A stretch of DNA of 64,000 bases from Eledone cirrhosa (GCA_964016885.1 OZ024749.1:22134001-22198000), one strand, 5' to 3'; shown: positions 17,403 to 31,619, counted from the stretch's first letter. Notes: generated from the sequence alone by a model not told the origin. Numbers and translations are program-made.

Positions 17403-17496
17403 ATATATATATATATGTGGATATATATATATATATATGGATATATATATATATATATGGATATATATATATATATATGGGTATATATATATATAT

Positions 17497-17532
<36 letters not shown>

Positions 17533-17544
17533 ATATATATATAT

Positions 17545-17625
<81 letters not shown>

Positions 17626-17671
17626 TATATAGATATATAGATATATCCATATATATATATATATATCCATA

Positions 17672-17742
<71 letters not shown>

Positions 17743-17756
17743 ATATATATATATAT

Positions 17757-17800
<44 letters not shown>

Positions 17801-17891
17801 CCATATATATATATATATATATATCCATATATATATATATATATCCATATATATATATATATATATCTATATATATATATATATATATATA

Positions 17892-17927
<36 letters not shown>

Positions 17928-17963
17928 ATATATATATATATATCCATATATATATATATATAT

Positions 17964-18034
<71 letters not shown>

Positions 18035-18211
18035 TTTATATATCCATATATATATATCCATATATTAATATATATATATATATATCCATATATATATATA
18101 TATCCATATATATATATCCATATATATATATCCATATATATATATCCATATTTATATATATATATATTTCCATATTTATATATATATATAAATATGCATA
18201 TATAAATATAC

Positions 18212-18249
<38 letters not shown>

Positions 18250-18311
18250 ATATTTATATATATATATATGCATATATATATATATATCCATATTTATATA
18301 TATATATATGC

Positions 18312-18347
<36 letters not shown>

Positions 18348-18461
18348 CCATATTTATATATATATATCCATATTTATATATATATATATATATATATGCA
18401 TATATATATATATCCATATTTATATATATATATATATGTGTATATATATATACATGTGTGC

Positions 18462-18498
<37 letters not shown>

Positions 18499-18709
18499 TA
18501 TATATATATTCTTTTTGCCTATATATATATATATAGTGTGTGTGTGTATATATATATAGTGTGTGTGCATATATATATATATGTATATTTATATATATAT
18601 ATGTATATTTATATATATGTATATTTATATATATGTATATTTATATATAAATATGTATATTTATATATAAGTATGTATATTTATGTATACATACATACAT
18701 CTATGTGTG

Positions 18710-18781
<72 letters not shown>

Positions 18782-18789
18782 TACATATA

Positions 18790-18829
<40 letters not shown>

Positions 18830-18851
18830 CATGTACATGTATGACATGCAA

Positions 18852-18941
<90 letters not shown>

Positions 18942-19509
18942 TTGCATTTCTTACGATCATGCAATATCCGACATTCTAGCATTTCGAAACAAACAAAAAA
19001 TAGAAATGTTTTAAGCACCTTTTTTTTACACACTTTCTGCTGACGTATTTGACAATTTCTAACTACGTATTTGACACATCTTACTCAACATATTCACCAC
19101 TATTTTATTCAGCTGACATCATCTCTCACAAACGTGATATTTTGCTATTTTATAATTTATTTTTCTACCTGATATCATCTTCGTGTTTGTTGGGGTTATT
19201 TCTTTCAGTTTGTTTTTTTATTTTGTTTTTGATTTTTTGTTATTTTTCTTTTCTTTTGTTTTATTGGGCGGGGGGGGGGGTATTTGGTTATTTACTTATT
19301 TGTTTGTTTGTTCTTTTTAACGACGTTTTCTTTGCCAAGGAACAAATCCTTGAGATTACAAAGTTGTCGGTTGAAATGGCAAGGAATTATTTTATCGACC
19401 GAATAATTCTAAAAGGAAAATATTTTAGTGACACATCTAGTCCAAAGTGAATTTCCTTTCATTATTTTGGAGTGGATTTTTGTCTCTTACATTTCAGGAT
19501 TTTACTTTT

Positions 19510-20016
19510 ACCTGTCACATTTCTAAGTTACATTTCACGGTTACATTTCACGGTCACATTCACAGTCACACGTCACAGTCAGACTTACATTTCACAGTTA
19601 CACTTCAGTCACATTTCACGGTTACATTCCACAGTTACACTTCAATCACATTTAACGGTTACATTCCACAGCTACACTTCAGTCACATTTTACGGTCATA
19701 TCACAGTCACATTTCACAGTTACATTTCACAGTTACATTTCACGTTCACATCACAGTCACATTTCACAGTTACATTTCACAGTTACATTTCACAATCACA
19801 TTTCACAGTCACATTTCACAGTCACATTTCACAGTCACATTTCACAGTCACATTTCACAGTCTCATTTCACAGTCACATTTCACAGTCTCATTTCACAGT
19901 CACATTCTTCTGTTACATTTTACGGTCATATTTCATGTTCACATGTTTCGGTTACATTTCACAGTCATATTTTTCATCATATTTCACAGTCACGTTTCTC
20001 TGTTACATTTCACAGT
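19510..20016. repeat. 13 bp minisatellite (CACATTTCACAGT)n
   Basis: Dozens of degenerate tandem copies. Confidence 0.92.
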
Positions 20017-20027
20017 CTTCTGTGCTT

Positions 20028-20425
20028 CATAGCTGTGGCTTTCAAAATGTTTATTTATTAAACATGCCGTATATCTTTAGATATACGAAATTCACATACA
20101 TATTTGTATACAGCTATGTCAAAGATACATTCTAATTCTATATTAGGTTGAGCCAACTTATACAAATGAGGCTAATCATCCCATTTACACAGACGAAGAC
20201 ACTATATATGTTTGCCTGTCTCTAAGTCCAGCAGTAGGAAGATAGAAGCATTGTCCTGATGAGAACCATTTAAGTCCGAAATACATAGACAGTTATCCCC
20301 CTTGCTTCTGCTGGAAACGGCTCGGCGGCGTTGACTACCAGTGTTCTATTCATAGTTGTGGCTTTCAAAATCATTATTTATAAACATACCGTATATCTTT
20401 AGACATACGAAATTCACACACACAC
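20028..20425 (+). mobile_element. Non-coding HHR element, about 323 bp unit with about 70 bp terminal redundancy
   Basis: catagctgtggctttcaaaat...acgaaattcaca at 20028 and 20351, with an HHR between. Confidence 0.7.
20251..20292 (+). ncRNA. Type I minimal hammerhead
   Basis: TTGTC-CTGATGA-GAAC(catttaa)GTCC-GAAA-TACA-TA-GACAG; one stem II mismatch. Confidence 0.75.
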
Positions 20426-20632
20426 ACATAGTACATATATATATATATATATATACATATATATCTGTGTATACCTCTTTTACGCCGAAGTTACCATTCC
20501 CCAGCTATTCTCCGAGGTGGCCGACTGACTACGCACGTGTGTTTTTTTTTCTCACCAATTTCTTTTCTCACTTTCCCAGTTCCTTCCCCTCATCACCTTT
20601 TACTTTCTATTTATCTTCTATTTCTAACTCTA

Positions 20633-20668
20633 TCTTCTGATGAAGGACTAGTGTCCGAAACCTTAAAA
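20633..20668 (+). ncRNA. Decayed minimal hammerhead (paralogue of 1562)
   Basis: TCTT-CTGATGA-A-GGAC(tagt)GTCC-GAAA-CC-TT-AAAA. Confidence 0.5.
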
Positions 20669-20741
20669 CTCTCCTGCTATTTCAAGCGTTAAGCTAATAT
20701 ATTTCTTCCATGTTTTATGGCATTTGTTTTGTTATTACTTT

Positions 20742-20823
<82 letters not shown>

Positions 20824-20864
20824 GGGATAACAGGTTATCGTTATGGCAGTCCACTTAGATGTAG

Positions 20865-20932
20865 TCCAGTTGATGAGCAAACCAGACGTTTCGGTTAAGA
20901 TCGTCTGGTTTCCTGAAACTATTGGTAGTGGA
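20865..20932 (+). ncRNA. Hammerhead-like motif, decayed core
   Basis: TCCAG-TTGATGA-gc-AAACCAGACG...CGTCTGGTTT-cct-GAAA-CTATTGG-TA-GTGGA. Confidence 0.55.
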
Positions 20933-20959
20933 ATAATTATATTGTGTTATTTATTATGT

Positions 20960-21003
<44 letters not shown>

Positions 21004-21767
21004 GAGAGAGAGAAACAAATAGACAGAATGAAAGACGAACAGGCAGGCATAAATATAGATAGATAGATTTTTTAGTTCGTTATATGACCCTGCTGGATAA
21101 CACTACGCTGGAATACCCCCATGTCAATGCATGTATATATATATACAAATAAATTCATATATATATATGTGTGTGTGTGTGTGATAGGAGGCATATGTAG
21201 CTAGAAATCCTCAGATTATATCACACCTATCGCACTTTTGTAATTTACACCTGTTCCTGCCTCTCTCCTCCATATCATCATCCATCTCCTCCCCTTCCTT
21301 CTCCTCCTTCCATTCCTCCTCTTCCTGTTCCTTCTCTTAACCCCCTCCCTCTCTCCTTTCAACTCAGCTCACCTCTGTCTGGCCATCTCCCAGCACCTTT
21401 AGTAGGTATGTGGCTGACGTATTTCACACGTTCGGCCGACGCTTTTCACACATTTTCGCCACCTTGCTTCACACGATACATTGACATGGCGAAATTCACA
21501 CCTTCTAGCAAGCATCGTTTCCAACAAAAACCTCTCGTTGTTGACGTAGTTCACACCTACTCAATGATTCTTTTAACATATAGCTACCAATTACAGGTAT
21601 ATCCGGTTGGATGGCGTGGATAATTTCGAATTAAACTCCTCCTGAAGCTTCTTGGCTACTCAAACAACTTAATTTACATGTAAGTTGTGTACAAGTTCTA
21701 TGGAAGCCTATACGTGAAGCAATTTTCCATAGGTGCGTTTCTGTGTGTTGGTACGGATGTCTGTGAA

Positions 21768-22155
21768 AGTGAGTAGCTTAGTGGTTAGACTGTTCGGCTG
21801 AAGATCGGAAGGTCGTGAGTTCGATTTCCAACAAGGTTTGTGACTCAGAACATAACTTTATTTCACGTTCTACCTAGAAGACAAAAATTGGTTATTTTTG
21901 TAATTCAGAGTTAAGCCTTCTTTGTCACGCTGAATCTCCCTGAAAACTATGTCAAGGGTACACGTGTCTATGGAATGCTCAGCCACTTAGCCTATAGTGC
22001 AAGATTGATTGTATCTCGGATTCAAAGGGTTAGCGTTCTTTTTCACACTCTCTGTGACACATTGAATCTCCATGAGAAATACGTCAAGGGTACACGTGTC
22101 TGTGGAGTGCTCAGCCACTTACACGTCGATTTCACAAACAGGCTGTTCTGTTTTA
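21768..22155 (+). mobile_element. tRNA-derived SINE (decayed) with duplicated tail segment
   Basis: tagcttagtggttag...ggtcgtgagttcgattt, actttatttcacgtt. The segment tgaatctcc..gtcaagggtacacgtgtct..gctcagccactt occurs twice (about 21930 and 22062). Confidence 0.65.
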
Positions 22156-22160
22156 AATAA

Positions 22161-22554
22161 GATTATGACGATGACGACGACGACGAAAATAATGATGACG
22201 ATGAGGAGGAGGAGGCGGAGGAAAGGAGGTGGCGAAAGAAGATGATGATTATAGTGATGAGGATGATGATCATGATGACAACGAAGGCGACAATAATGAT
22301 GACGATAACGACAACAATGATGACGCTGACGACGACGAAGGCGACAATAATGATGACGATGACGACAACGAAGGCGGCAATAATGATGACGATGACTACG
22401 ACGAAGGCGACAATAATGATGACGATAACGACAACAATGATGACGCTGACAACGACGAAGACGACAATAATGAGGACGCTGACAACGACGAAGGCGGCAA
22501 TAATGATGACGATGGGGAGAATGATTATAGTGATGATGGTGAAGATGATGATGA
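22161..22554. repeat. Degenerate (GAY/AAY)n triplet repeat with higher-order units
   Basis: Visible gacgat/aatgat runs; gaaggcgacaataatgatgacgat repeated. Confidence 0.85.
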
Positions 22555-22584
22555 GTGTGTGTGTCTGTGTATATATATTTTTTT

Positions 22585-22790
22585 TATCGATCGACTTTCG
22601 TCAAATCAGACCGAGGAAACAATGTTTCCGTTGGTCTTTCCAATTGCTAATACAATCTATCGGTCGCAACTCCAGGTAGAAGGAGCAACGTGAAATAAAG
22701 TGTCTTGCTCAAGGACAGAACGCATCGCCCGGTCCAAGAATCGAACTCACAACCTCACAATTGCGAATCCAATTCTCTAACCACTCAGTT
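22585..22790 (-). mobile_element. tRNA-derived SINE
   Basis: Reverse complement: ctgagtggttagag...gtgagttcgattcttggaccgggcgatgcgttctgtccttgagcaagacactttatttcacgttgctcc. Confidence 0.75.
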
Positions 22791-22801
22791 ATATATATAT
22801 G

Positions 22802-22863
<62 letters not shown>

Positions 22864-22948
22864 AAAAATTGAACGGGAACAAAACAGAGAGGCAGTACGA
22901 ACAAAGGTTTATTAGTTTCACGCGCTTGAGAGTGGGGTGGTGGTGGGG

Positions 22949-22983
22949 AACGACGTTTCGGGCATAAGCCCTTCTTCAGGTGA
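22949..22983 (-). ncRNA. Minimal hammerhead motif
   Basis: Reverse complement: TCAC-CTGAAGA-A-GGGC(ttat)GCCC-GAAA-CG-TC-GTT; stem I only about 2 bp. Confidence 0.6.
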
Positions 22984-23242
22984 AAAGTGTGTGGGAAGAG
23001 AGTTCCAAGGGTGTGTAGGGGAGTGGTGGAGAGACATATAGAAAAAAGGGGCTGAGAGGAAACGGTACAAATGAAATTAAATATAAAAGCATGATAAAAA
23101 TAAGAATAAAAATACACATGAAGTAAAACAGGTGGTGGAAGGGTGTGGGGCGTGTAGGGGTGGTGGCGGGTGGAGTGGGGAGAGGGAGGCGGGGTGTCCG
23201 AGCGGGGAGGGCTGAAGGTGGTGTGTGTGTGTGTGTAGGTGT

Positions 23243-23351
<109 letters not shown>

Positions 23352-24564
23352 TAAGAGTTGGGGGAAAAACGGGGTTGCATGTTCTGGAAGAGGTGTGTGT
23401 GGGGTGGGGTGTAGGTCGGAGTGTGTGTGCGTGTGTGGATAGAAGGGTGGGAGAAGAGGATTCCGGAGGCTGAATGTGTAAATATGTGGTGGTACGTACG
23501 TGTGTGTGGTGTTTATGCGTGTTGTGGATGTTGGTGGCGTGTGGGGAAAAAAAGTTTTTTGGGGTGTATGTCAGTGGGTGAGTCCTTAAGGTAGTTTGTA
23601 GACGATGTGGTGGAATGTTGAGTAATATCCTTGGGATGTGGTGATTCTAGGGATCGATGTTCACATATGTGTAATCCGTGAAGAGGTTGGTCGGAAGAGG
23701 GGAGATGTGGGATGCGCGCGCTACAGGGAGTGGTCAGAGGGTCAAGGCAGGAGGAGGGTTGTGTGTCTGTGTGCGCGGGGAGGTGGTCAGAGATAAGGGC
23801 ATAGCAGCAGTAGGGTAGAATGGTAAGTGAAGAAAGTCGGTGTGTCAGTGTGTGCGGAGGTGCGGTGGACAGGAGAGAGGATGGGTAGGTGTGAAAGTTG
23901 GAGTGAGGAGGGGGGGTGTATTAGTAGAGGTGTTAGTGGGATGTGTGTGTGTGAGAGAAAGGGTGTGGGTGGAGACGGGGGTGTTAGTGGGTGTTAGTAT
24001 ACTGGAGGTGGAGAAAGGGTTGAATGCCGGTGTGAGTGGGGGTCAGTGGTGGTAGGGTGTGTAGAGTGAGTGGTGTAAGAGGGTGTGTGTGTTCGTGTGC
24101 GTAGGGTTGGGGGTGTTAGTGATGTTAATTGCGTGTAGAGTGGGTGGTGTAAGTGGGTGTGTGTGTTCGTGTGCTTGGGGTCGGGGGGTGTTAGTGATGT
24201 TAGTTGCAGGGTGGTGGGGTGGATGTGTGGGGGTGAGAGTTAGTGGTGGTAGTAGGTGTGTGTTTAGTGTGAGCGCGTGTATATATGTACCGGTGGGTAT
24301 GTGCGTGTGATAAGGAGGGGGAGAAGAAGGGAGGGATGTTAGTATGTTAGTTGGGGAAGGGTGGTCGGGTGTGGGGTGGAGGTGTTAGTATTGTTAGTTG
24401 TGGGAAACCGGTAAAGGAACCAAATAAATATATATATTTTTTTTTTAAATAAGACTCCAGTTGCATTTTCGATTTCATCTTTTTTTCTTTATACTCGTGT
24501 AGGACACCTAGGTTATTTTTCATTTTGTAAAAAAAACTAAAAAAAACTAAAAAAAAAACCTCAC

Positions 24565-24602
<38 letters not shown>

Positions 24603-24712
24603 GAAAAGTATAGTAATTGTTGTAGCGAGAAGCTAACAGTATTCCATATATATATATATATATATATAAATGAAAAGTATAGAAATTGTTGTAGCGAGAA
24701 GCTAACAGTATT

Positions 24713-24746
<34 letters not shown>

Positions 24747-24803
24747 TATTAAAAAAATAATGAATAAACAAAGAAACAGTTCCTTATAGTAAACAAAAAA
24801 AGT

Positions 24804-24944
24804 TCATTATTTTACGATCGTTTCTAGGACATATATGTGTTAGAATTGGTATGCATATTCAAAAGATCTATGTACAAAATTATACAAACTATCAGAGGGA
24901 ATATACATACCTTCACATATATATGCTGTCTTCAGAAATAATGA
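24804..24944 (-). ncRNA. Hammerhead with about 100 nt stem II (mirror copy)
   Basis: Reverse complement of 31214-31354. Confidence 0.75.
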
Positions 24945-25646
24945 TGCTTGTTTATTGATAATAACAACAATTCAATACAATAGGTCTGTTTGGGAACAGA
25001 TTTTAAATAGACCAATGAAATAGAGATTGAAATTCATCAAGAAAATATAGTTAGGTGTGTGTATATGTATGTAAATACGCTCACAGATGTGCATATATGT
25101 GTATGCTCATATGTATACGTATAGTGAAAAAGTGTGTGTAAATCTAAAATTTAGGGCTAATGTATCTGTATGTCTGTAATCAACAGACGGAATAGATACA
25201 TCATAAGTATATGAATATTGAGGCGCTCACATAAACACGCCCACACACACTTACATTTAGATGCGGAAGTAAAAGAGGTAAGGGAGTATAGTAATTAAAG
25301 GAAAGTGTCAATCTCGACATACTTATAAAAATGTATCAATAAATTAGAAATAAAAAATTTTTAGAAGGAAAAAACTCAAGAAAAGAAGACAAAAAAAGAC
25401 AAAAAGGGGGGGTACATACATACACAGACACGCATGTCTCACAAAAGAAACATAAAAAAACATAAAAGAGAGACATAAAATTATACATGCTTATATACAC
25501 ACGCACATTTACACATCCATACGTTCGATACGTATATACATACACACACACATACACATACTTACACTCACGCATATTGACCTGTTTGTATGCACACGCA
25601 TAAAAATAAGTAAAACATATACCCATACATATATATATATATACAC

Positions 25647-25683
<37 letters not shown>

Positions 25684-26924
25684 TACACATGTATATATAC
25701 AACCACTCACACACACTCAGACATACATATATATAGACATACACACACATATATACACAGTCAGACACATATACACATATATACACATACATACACACAT
25801 CCCTACACATACATATATATATGTATATATATATATATATGCATACATAAGTATTTTTATCCTCACATACATACACACATACATAGATACACACTTACAT
25901 ATACATACACACATCCACGCTTACATATACATATAATTATTGGGGGGGGGATTAAATTTATTAGTGGGAAATAGTAAATATATAGGTTTCAAGGAACATA
26001 GAATACTAACCTGCAGTTAAAGCTTTATATGTGTTTACTTAGTGGTATCAGATTTAGGAAATGGTATTTGTAAGAAGGAAAGCCAAAATTATGTATTTTA
26101 ATATAAGTAGAATATTAATTATAGGTTAACTAAATTAAAAATAGTTTATATATTAATTTCTAAGGTGTATACTAATTAGGTTTATAATATTTAAAGCGGA
26201 ATTTTGAAGTTCATCAGTATTAGAGTATTAATTATAGCTTAACTAAATTAAAAATAATTACATATATTTACTTGATGGTATCAGTTTTAGGAAATGAATT
26301 TTGTAAGAGGGAAAGCCAAATTAAGTAGTTTATCGGTAGTAGATTATTAATTATAGGTTAACTAAATTTAAAAAAAAAAAAATTTTATATATTAATTTCT
26401 ATAGTATATGTTAATTAGGTTTATAATATTTAAAGCAGAATTTTGTATTTTATCTATAGTAGAATTTTCTAAAGTGTATATTAATTAGGTATATATTTAA
26501 AAGTTTTTCTCAGTTTATGATTACACGATATTTTGTATTTCATCTGTAGTAGAATTTTAATTATAAGTTAACTAAATTAAAATTATAGGTTAACTAAATT
26601 AAAATTAATTTATATATTAATTTCTAAATTGTATATTAATTAGGTTTATAATATTAAAAAGTTTTTCTCCGTTTTTAATTACACGATATTTTGTTGTATT
26701 TCATCTGTAATAGAATTTTAATAATAGGTTAAATAAACTAAAATTAATCTATATATTAATTTCTAAAGTGTATATTAATTAGGTTAATAATATTTAAATG
26801 TTTTTCTCAGTTTATGATTATACGATATTTTTTATTTCATCTGTAGTAGAATTTTAATTAAATTAAAATTATAGGTTAACTACATTAAAATTAATTTATA
26901 TATTAATTTCTAAAATATATATTA

Positions 26925-27652
26925 TTAATTAGGTTTATAATATTTAAATGTTTTTCTCAGTTTATGATTACACGATATTATTAATTCCTGTCGCTTATTT
27001 AATAGGATATCCTTAGATTTCATTATTTCAAATAGTTCTTGGGAACACAATCTACATTCATTTCTATTATTTTGATAAGGGGTGGCTCTTTTGAGCACAA
27101 TCCAGGTCATATCATATTCTATATTCCTTCTTCTATAACTATTAATTTTTCTGCTAGAGATGTTGTATGCCAGTGCGGCATTTTTAAAACTATGTTTGTG
27201 GGTATTAAATCTTACCTTAAAATTGTTAGAAGTAGCTCCTATATATGAGCAAAAAGAATCCTTAGTTTTAACTTTACATTTATATACTATGTTATTAACA
27301 AGACAATTTCCTTTTAATGGGCAGTTTGCCTTGTTTCTACAGTTACAACCTTTCGTTAATTCTGTATTTGAGGAGATATTATGGCTAGTTTGATGTACTG
27401 GTGGTATACTTATGGTTTTTTTACATTTATATGCATTATAGGCACTTATATTTTGTTTTATGTTTTTGGTTGTTGAGTATGAGAATTTAACTGTTGATCT
27501 ATTTAAGATTTGATGGTATTTGTGGTTTGGCGGGAAGTTTTTCTCTAGGATATTAAAGAATTTTTTAGGTATATTATCCTTAATTTGTAAATTAAATGGA
27601 GCATTATACCAAGTAACTCGTCTATTACGGTTTCTATGTTGTTTATTGTTTT
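26925..27652 (-). pseudogene. Mirror copy of the GIY-YIG segment
   Basis: Protein identical to the C-terminal part of 28230-29213. Confidence 0.9.
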
Positions 27653-29213
27653 CTAACTTAACTTTGGATGACATTAATATTATTACACATGCTAGACTAA
27701 CACTAATTGAATTTCAGAATGAATACTGGACCAGAAACACATATAGTAATCTATTTGATATTACTATGGGCTCAAGCGATTCTGCCCAAATTACTGATCT
27801 TGTGGGCCTCTTTCTTCTTTTTAACATAAATGCTTCCTTTCCCCACCTTAACGGTGGTTTATATCGTGACGACTGTCTTCTTCTTTCCAATAACCTTAGC
27901 CTCTCAGAGATAGAAAAAACAAAAAGCTTATTAGAACTTTCCTTAAAGACTATTATAGTCTAGATATTACATTTGAAAACACAAGTAAAGTAGTTAATTT
28001 CCTAGATATAACATTAGACTTAGCTACGGGTATCTACCAACCTTACCATAAACCCAACCAAAATTTACACTACATACACTCACAATCTAATCACCCTAAA
28101 TCTATCATTAAAAACCTTGCATATAATATATCACTTAGAATTTCTAACCTTTCGTCTAACCAAGATGTATTTGATAAAAATGCGACCTTTTATAACGAAG
28201 CTCTAGCTAGAAGTGGCCACAAAAATAGATTGGAATATATACCTTCTACCAATAACACTATAAACATACAACCTAATATTACCAACAAACACCAAATGAA
28301 ACGTACACACCTAAATGCCACTCACACTATACCCCAAAATACCAACATAAAACCAAATTTCTCTAACTCCTCTAATATACAGTATAGTAACTCTCAAAAA
28401 ACTACTCATCCTACAACTCTAATAAATGTTAATGATAAAACTCCTAATAAACAAGCTAAAACACCTAAATCAATAAATCTAACTAAAAACAATAAACAAC
28501 ATAGAAACCGTAATAGACGAGTTACTTGGTATAATGCTCCATTTAATTTACAAATTAAGGATAATATACCTAAAAAATTCTTTAATATCCTAGAGAAAAA
28601 CTTCCCGCCAAACCACAAATACCATCAAATCTTAAATAGATCAACAGTTAAATTCTCATACTCAACAACCAAAAACATAAAACAAAATATAAGTGCCTAT
28701 AATGCATATAAATGTAAAAAAACCATAAGTATACCACCAGTACATCAAACTAGCCATAATATCTCCTCAAATACAGAATTAACGAAAGGTTGTAACTGTA
28801 GAAACAAGGCAAACTGCCCATTAAAAGGAAATTGTCTTGTTAATAACATAGTATATAAATGTAAAGTTAAAACTAAGGATTCTTTTTGCTCATATATAGG
28901 AGCTACTTCTAACAATTTTAAGGTAAGATTTAATACCCACAAACATAGTTTTAAAAATGCCGCACTGGCATACAACATCTCTAGCAGAAAAATTAATAGT
29001 TATAGAAGGAGGAATATAGAATATGATATGACCTGGATTGTGCTCAAAAGAGCCACCCCTTATCAAAATAATAGAAATGAATGTAGATTGTGTTCCCAAG
29101 AACTATTTGAAATAATGAAATCTAAGGATATCCTATTAAATAAGCGACAGGAATTAATAATATCGTGTAATCATAAACTGAGAAAAACATTTAAATATTA
29201 TAAACCTAATTAA
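27653..29213 (+). pseudogene. PLE RT (C-terminal half), linker and GIY-YIG; 5'-truncated and frameshifted
   Basis: FDITMGSSDSAQITDLVG, GGLYRDDCL, VNFLDITLDL, YHKPN..YIH.QSNHP, RRVTWYNAPF, CNCRNKANCPL, YIGATSNNFKVRFNTH, CRLCSQE. Confidence 0.9.
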
Positions 29214-30465
29214 TAATATATATTTTAGAAATTAATATATAAATTAATTTTAATGTAGTTAACCTATAATTTTAATTTAATTAAAATTCTACTACAGATG
29301 AAATAAAAAATATCGTATAATCATAAACTGAGAAAAACATTTAAATATTATTAACCTAATTAATATACACTTTAGAAATTAATATATAGATTAATTTTAG
29401 TTTATTTAACCTATTATTAAAATTCTATTACAGATGAAATACAACAAAATATCGTGTAATTAAAAACGGAGAAAAACTTTTTAATATTATAAACCTAATT
29501 AATATACAATTTAGAAATTAATATATAAATTAATTTTAATTTAGTTAACCTATAATTTTAATTTAGTTAACTTATAATTAAAATTCTACTACAGATGAAA
29601 TACAAAATATCGTGTAATCATAAACTGAGAAAAACTTTTAAATATATACCTAATTAATATACACTTTAGAAAATTCTACTATAGATAAAATACAAAATTC
29701 TGCTTTAAATATTATAAGCCTAATTAACATATACTATAGAAATTAATATATAAACATTTTTTTTTTTTTTTTATTTAGTTAACCTATAATTAATAATCTA
29801 CTACCGATGAACTACTTAATTTGGCTTTCCCTCTTACAAAATTCATTTCCTAAAACTGATACCATCAAGTAAATATATGTAATTATTTTTAATTTAGTTA
29901 AGCTATAATTAATACTCTAATACTGATGAACTTCAAAATTCCGCTTTAAATATTATAAACCTAATTAGTATACACCTTAGAAATTAATATATAAACTATT
30001 TTTATTTTAGTTAACCTATAATTAATATTCTACTTATATTAAAATACATAATTTTGGCTTTCCTTCTTACAAATACCATTTCCTAAATCTGATACCACTA
30101 AGTAAACACATATAAAGCTTTAACTGCAGGTTAGTATTCTATGTTCCTTGAAACCTATATATTTACTATTTCCCACTAATAAATTTAATCCCCCCCCCCC
30201 CAATAATTATATGTATATGTAAGCGTGGATGTGTGTATGTATATGTAAGTGTGTATCTATGTATGTGTGTATGTATGTGAGGATAAAAATACTTATGTAT
30301 GCATATATATATATATATATACATATATATATGTATGTGTAGGGATGTGTGCATGTATGTTTATATATGTGTATATGTGTCTGACTGTGTATATATGTGT
30401 GTGTATGTCTATATATATGTATGTCTGAGTGTGTGTGTGTGAGTGGTTGTATATATACATGTGTA

Positions 30466-30507
<42 letters not shown>

Positions 30508-31213
30508 TGTATATATATATATGTATGGGTATATGTTTTACTTATTTTTATGCGTGTGCATACAAACAGGTCAATATGCGTGAGTGTAAGTATGTGTATG
30601 TGTGTGTGTATGTATATACGTATCGAACGTATGGATGTGTAAATGTGCGTGTGTATATAAGCATGTATAATTTTATGTCTCTCTTTTATGTTTTTTTATG
30701 TTTCTTTTGTGAGACATGCGTGTCTGTGTATGTATGTACCCCCCCCCCCCCTTTTTTGTCTTTTTTTGTCTTCTTTTCTTGAGTTTTTTCCTTCTAAAAA
30801 TTTTTTATTTCTAAGTTATTGATACATTTTTATAAATATGTCGAGATTGACACTTTCCTTTGATTACTATACTCCCTTACCTCTTTTACTTCCGCATCTA
30901 AATGTAAGTGTGTGTGGGCGTGTTTATGTGAGCGCCTCAATATTCATATACTTATGATGTATCTATTCCGTCTGTTGATTACAGACATACAGATACATTA
31001 GCCCTAAATTTTAGATTTACACACACTTTTTCACTATACGTATACATATGAGCATACACATATATGCACATCTGTGAGCGTATTTACATACATATACACA
31101 CACCTAACTATATTTTCTTGATGAATTTCAATCTCTATTTCATTGGTCTATTCAAAATCTGTTCCCAAACAGACCTATTGTATTGAATTGTTGTTATTAT
31201 CAATAAACAAGCA

Positions 31214-31354
31214 TCATTATTTCTGAAGACAGCATATATATGTGAAGGTATGTATATTCCCTCTGATAGTTTGTATAATTTTGTACATAGATCTTTTGAA
31301 TATGCATACCAATTCTAACACATATATGTCCTAGAAACGATCGTAAAATAATGA
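31214..31354 (+). ncRNA. Type I hammerhead with about 100 nt stem II
   Basis: TCATTATTT-CTGAAGA-[catatatatgtg..ggtatgtatattc...gaatatgcatacc..cacatatatg]-GAAA-CGATCG-TA-AAATAATGA; perfect 9 bp stem I. Confidence 0.78.
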
Positions 31355-31548
31355 ACTTTTTTTGTTTAATATAAGGAACTGTTTCTTTGTTTATTCATTA
31401 TTTTTTTAATAATTTATCTTGACTCTGTTTTCCGTTTATCTTTCACCGAAAGTGGTTTTTGAATGCATCTCTTCTTTTAATGATATCCGGATTACATTGA
31501 GTTCTTCATACGGATTGGACACTACCGTAAACTTTTGGTAGATTTATC

Positions 31549-31619
<71 letters not shown>

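Larger units (their letters stand above)
24741..31550. mobile_element. 6.8 kb head-to-head inverted insertion of a second Hydra-like PLE
   Basis: 24741-27652 is a near-perfect reverse complement of about 28486-31417. The plus arm starts near 27653 within RT. (TA)n at both ends. Confidence 0.92.

Noticed and set aside
17029-18570. 513 aa ORF and the many other YI/IY, CV/VC, poly-T, poly-S, poly-L and poly-Q ORFs
   Set aside because: They are stop-free translations of (TA)n, (GT)n and triplet microsatellites with no protein motifs.
22229-22693. Asp-rich 154 aa ORF resembling an acidic biomineralisation protein
   Set aside because: It starts at GTG, has no signal peptide or evident exon structure, and runs into (GT)n and a SINE; a triplet repeat explains it better.
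29921-29945. CTGATGA in the AT-rich minisatellite
   Set aside because: No stem II or GAAA follows.
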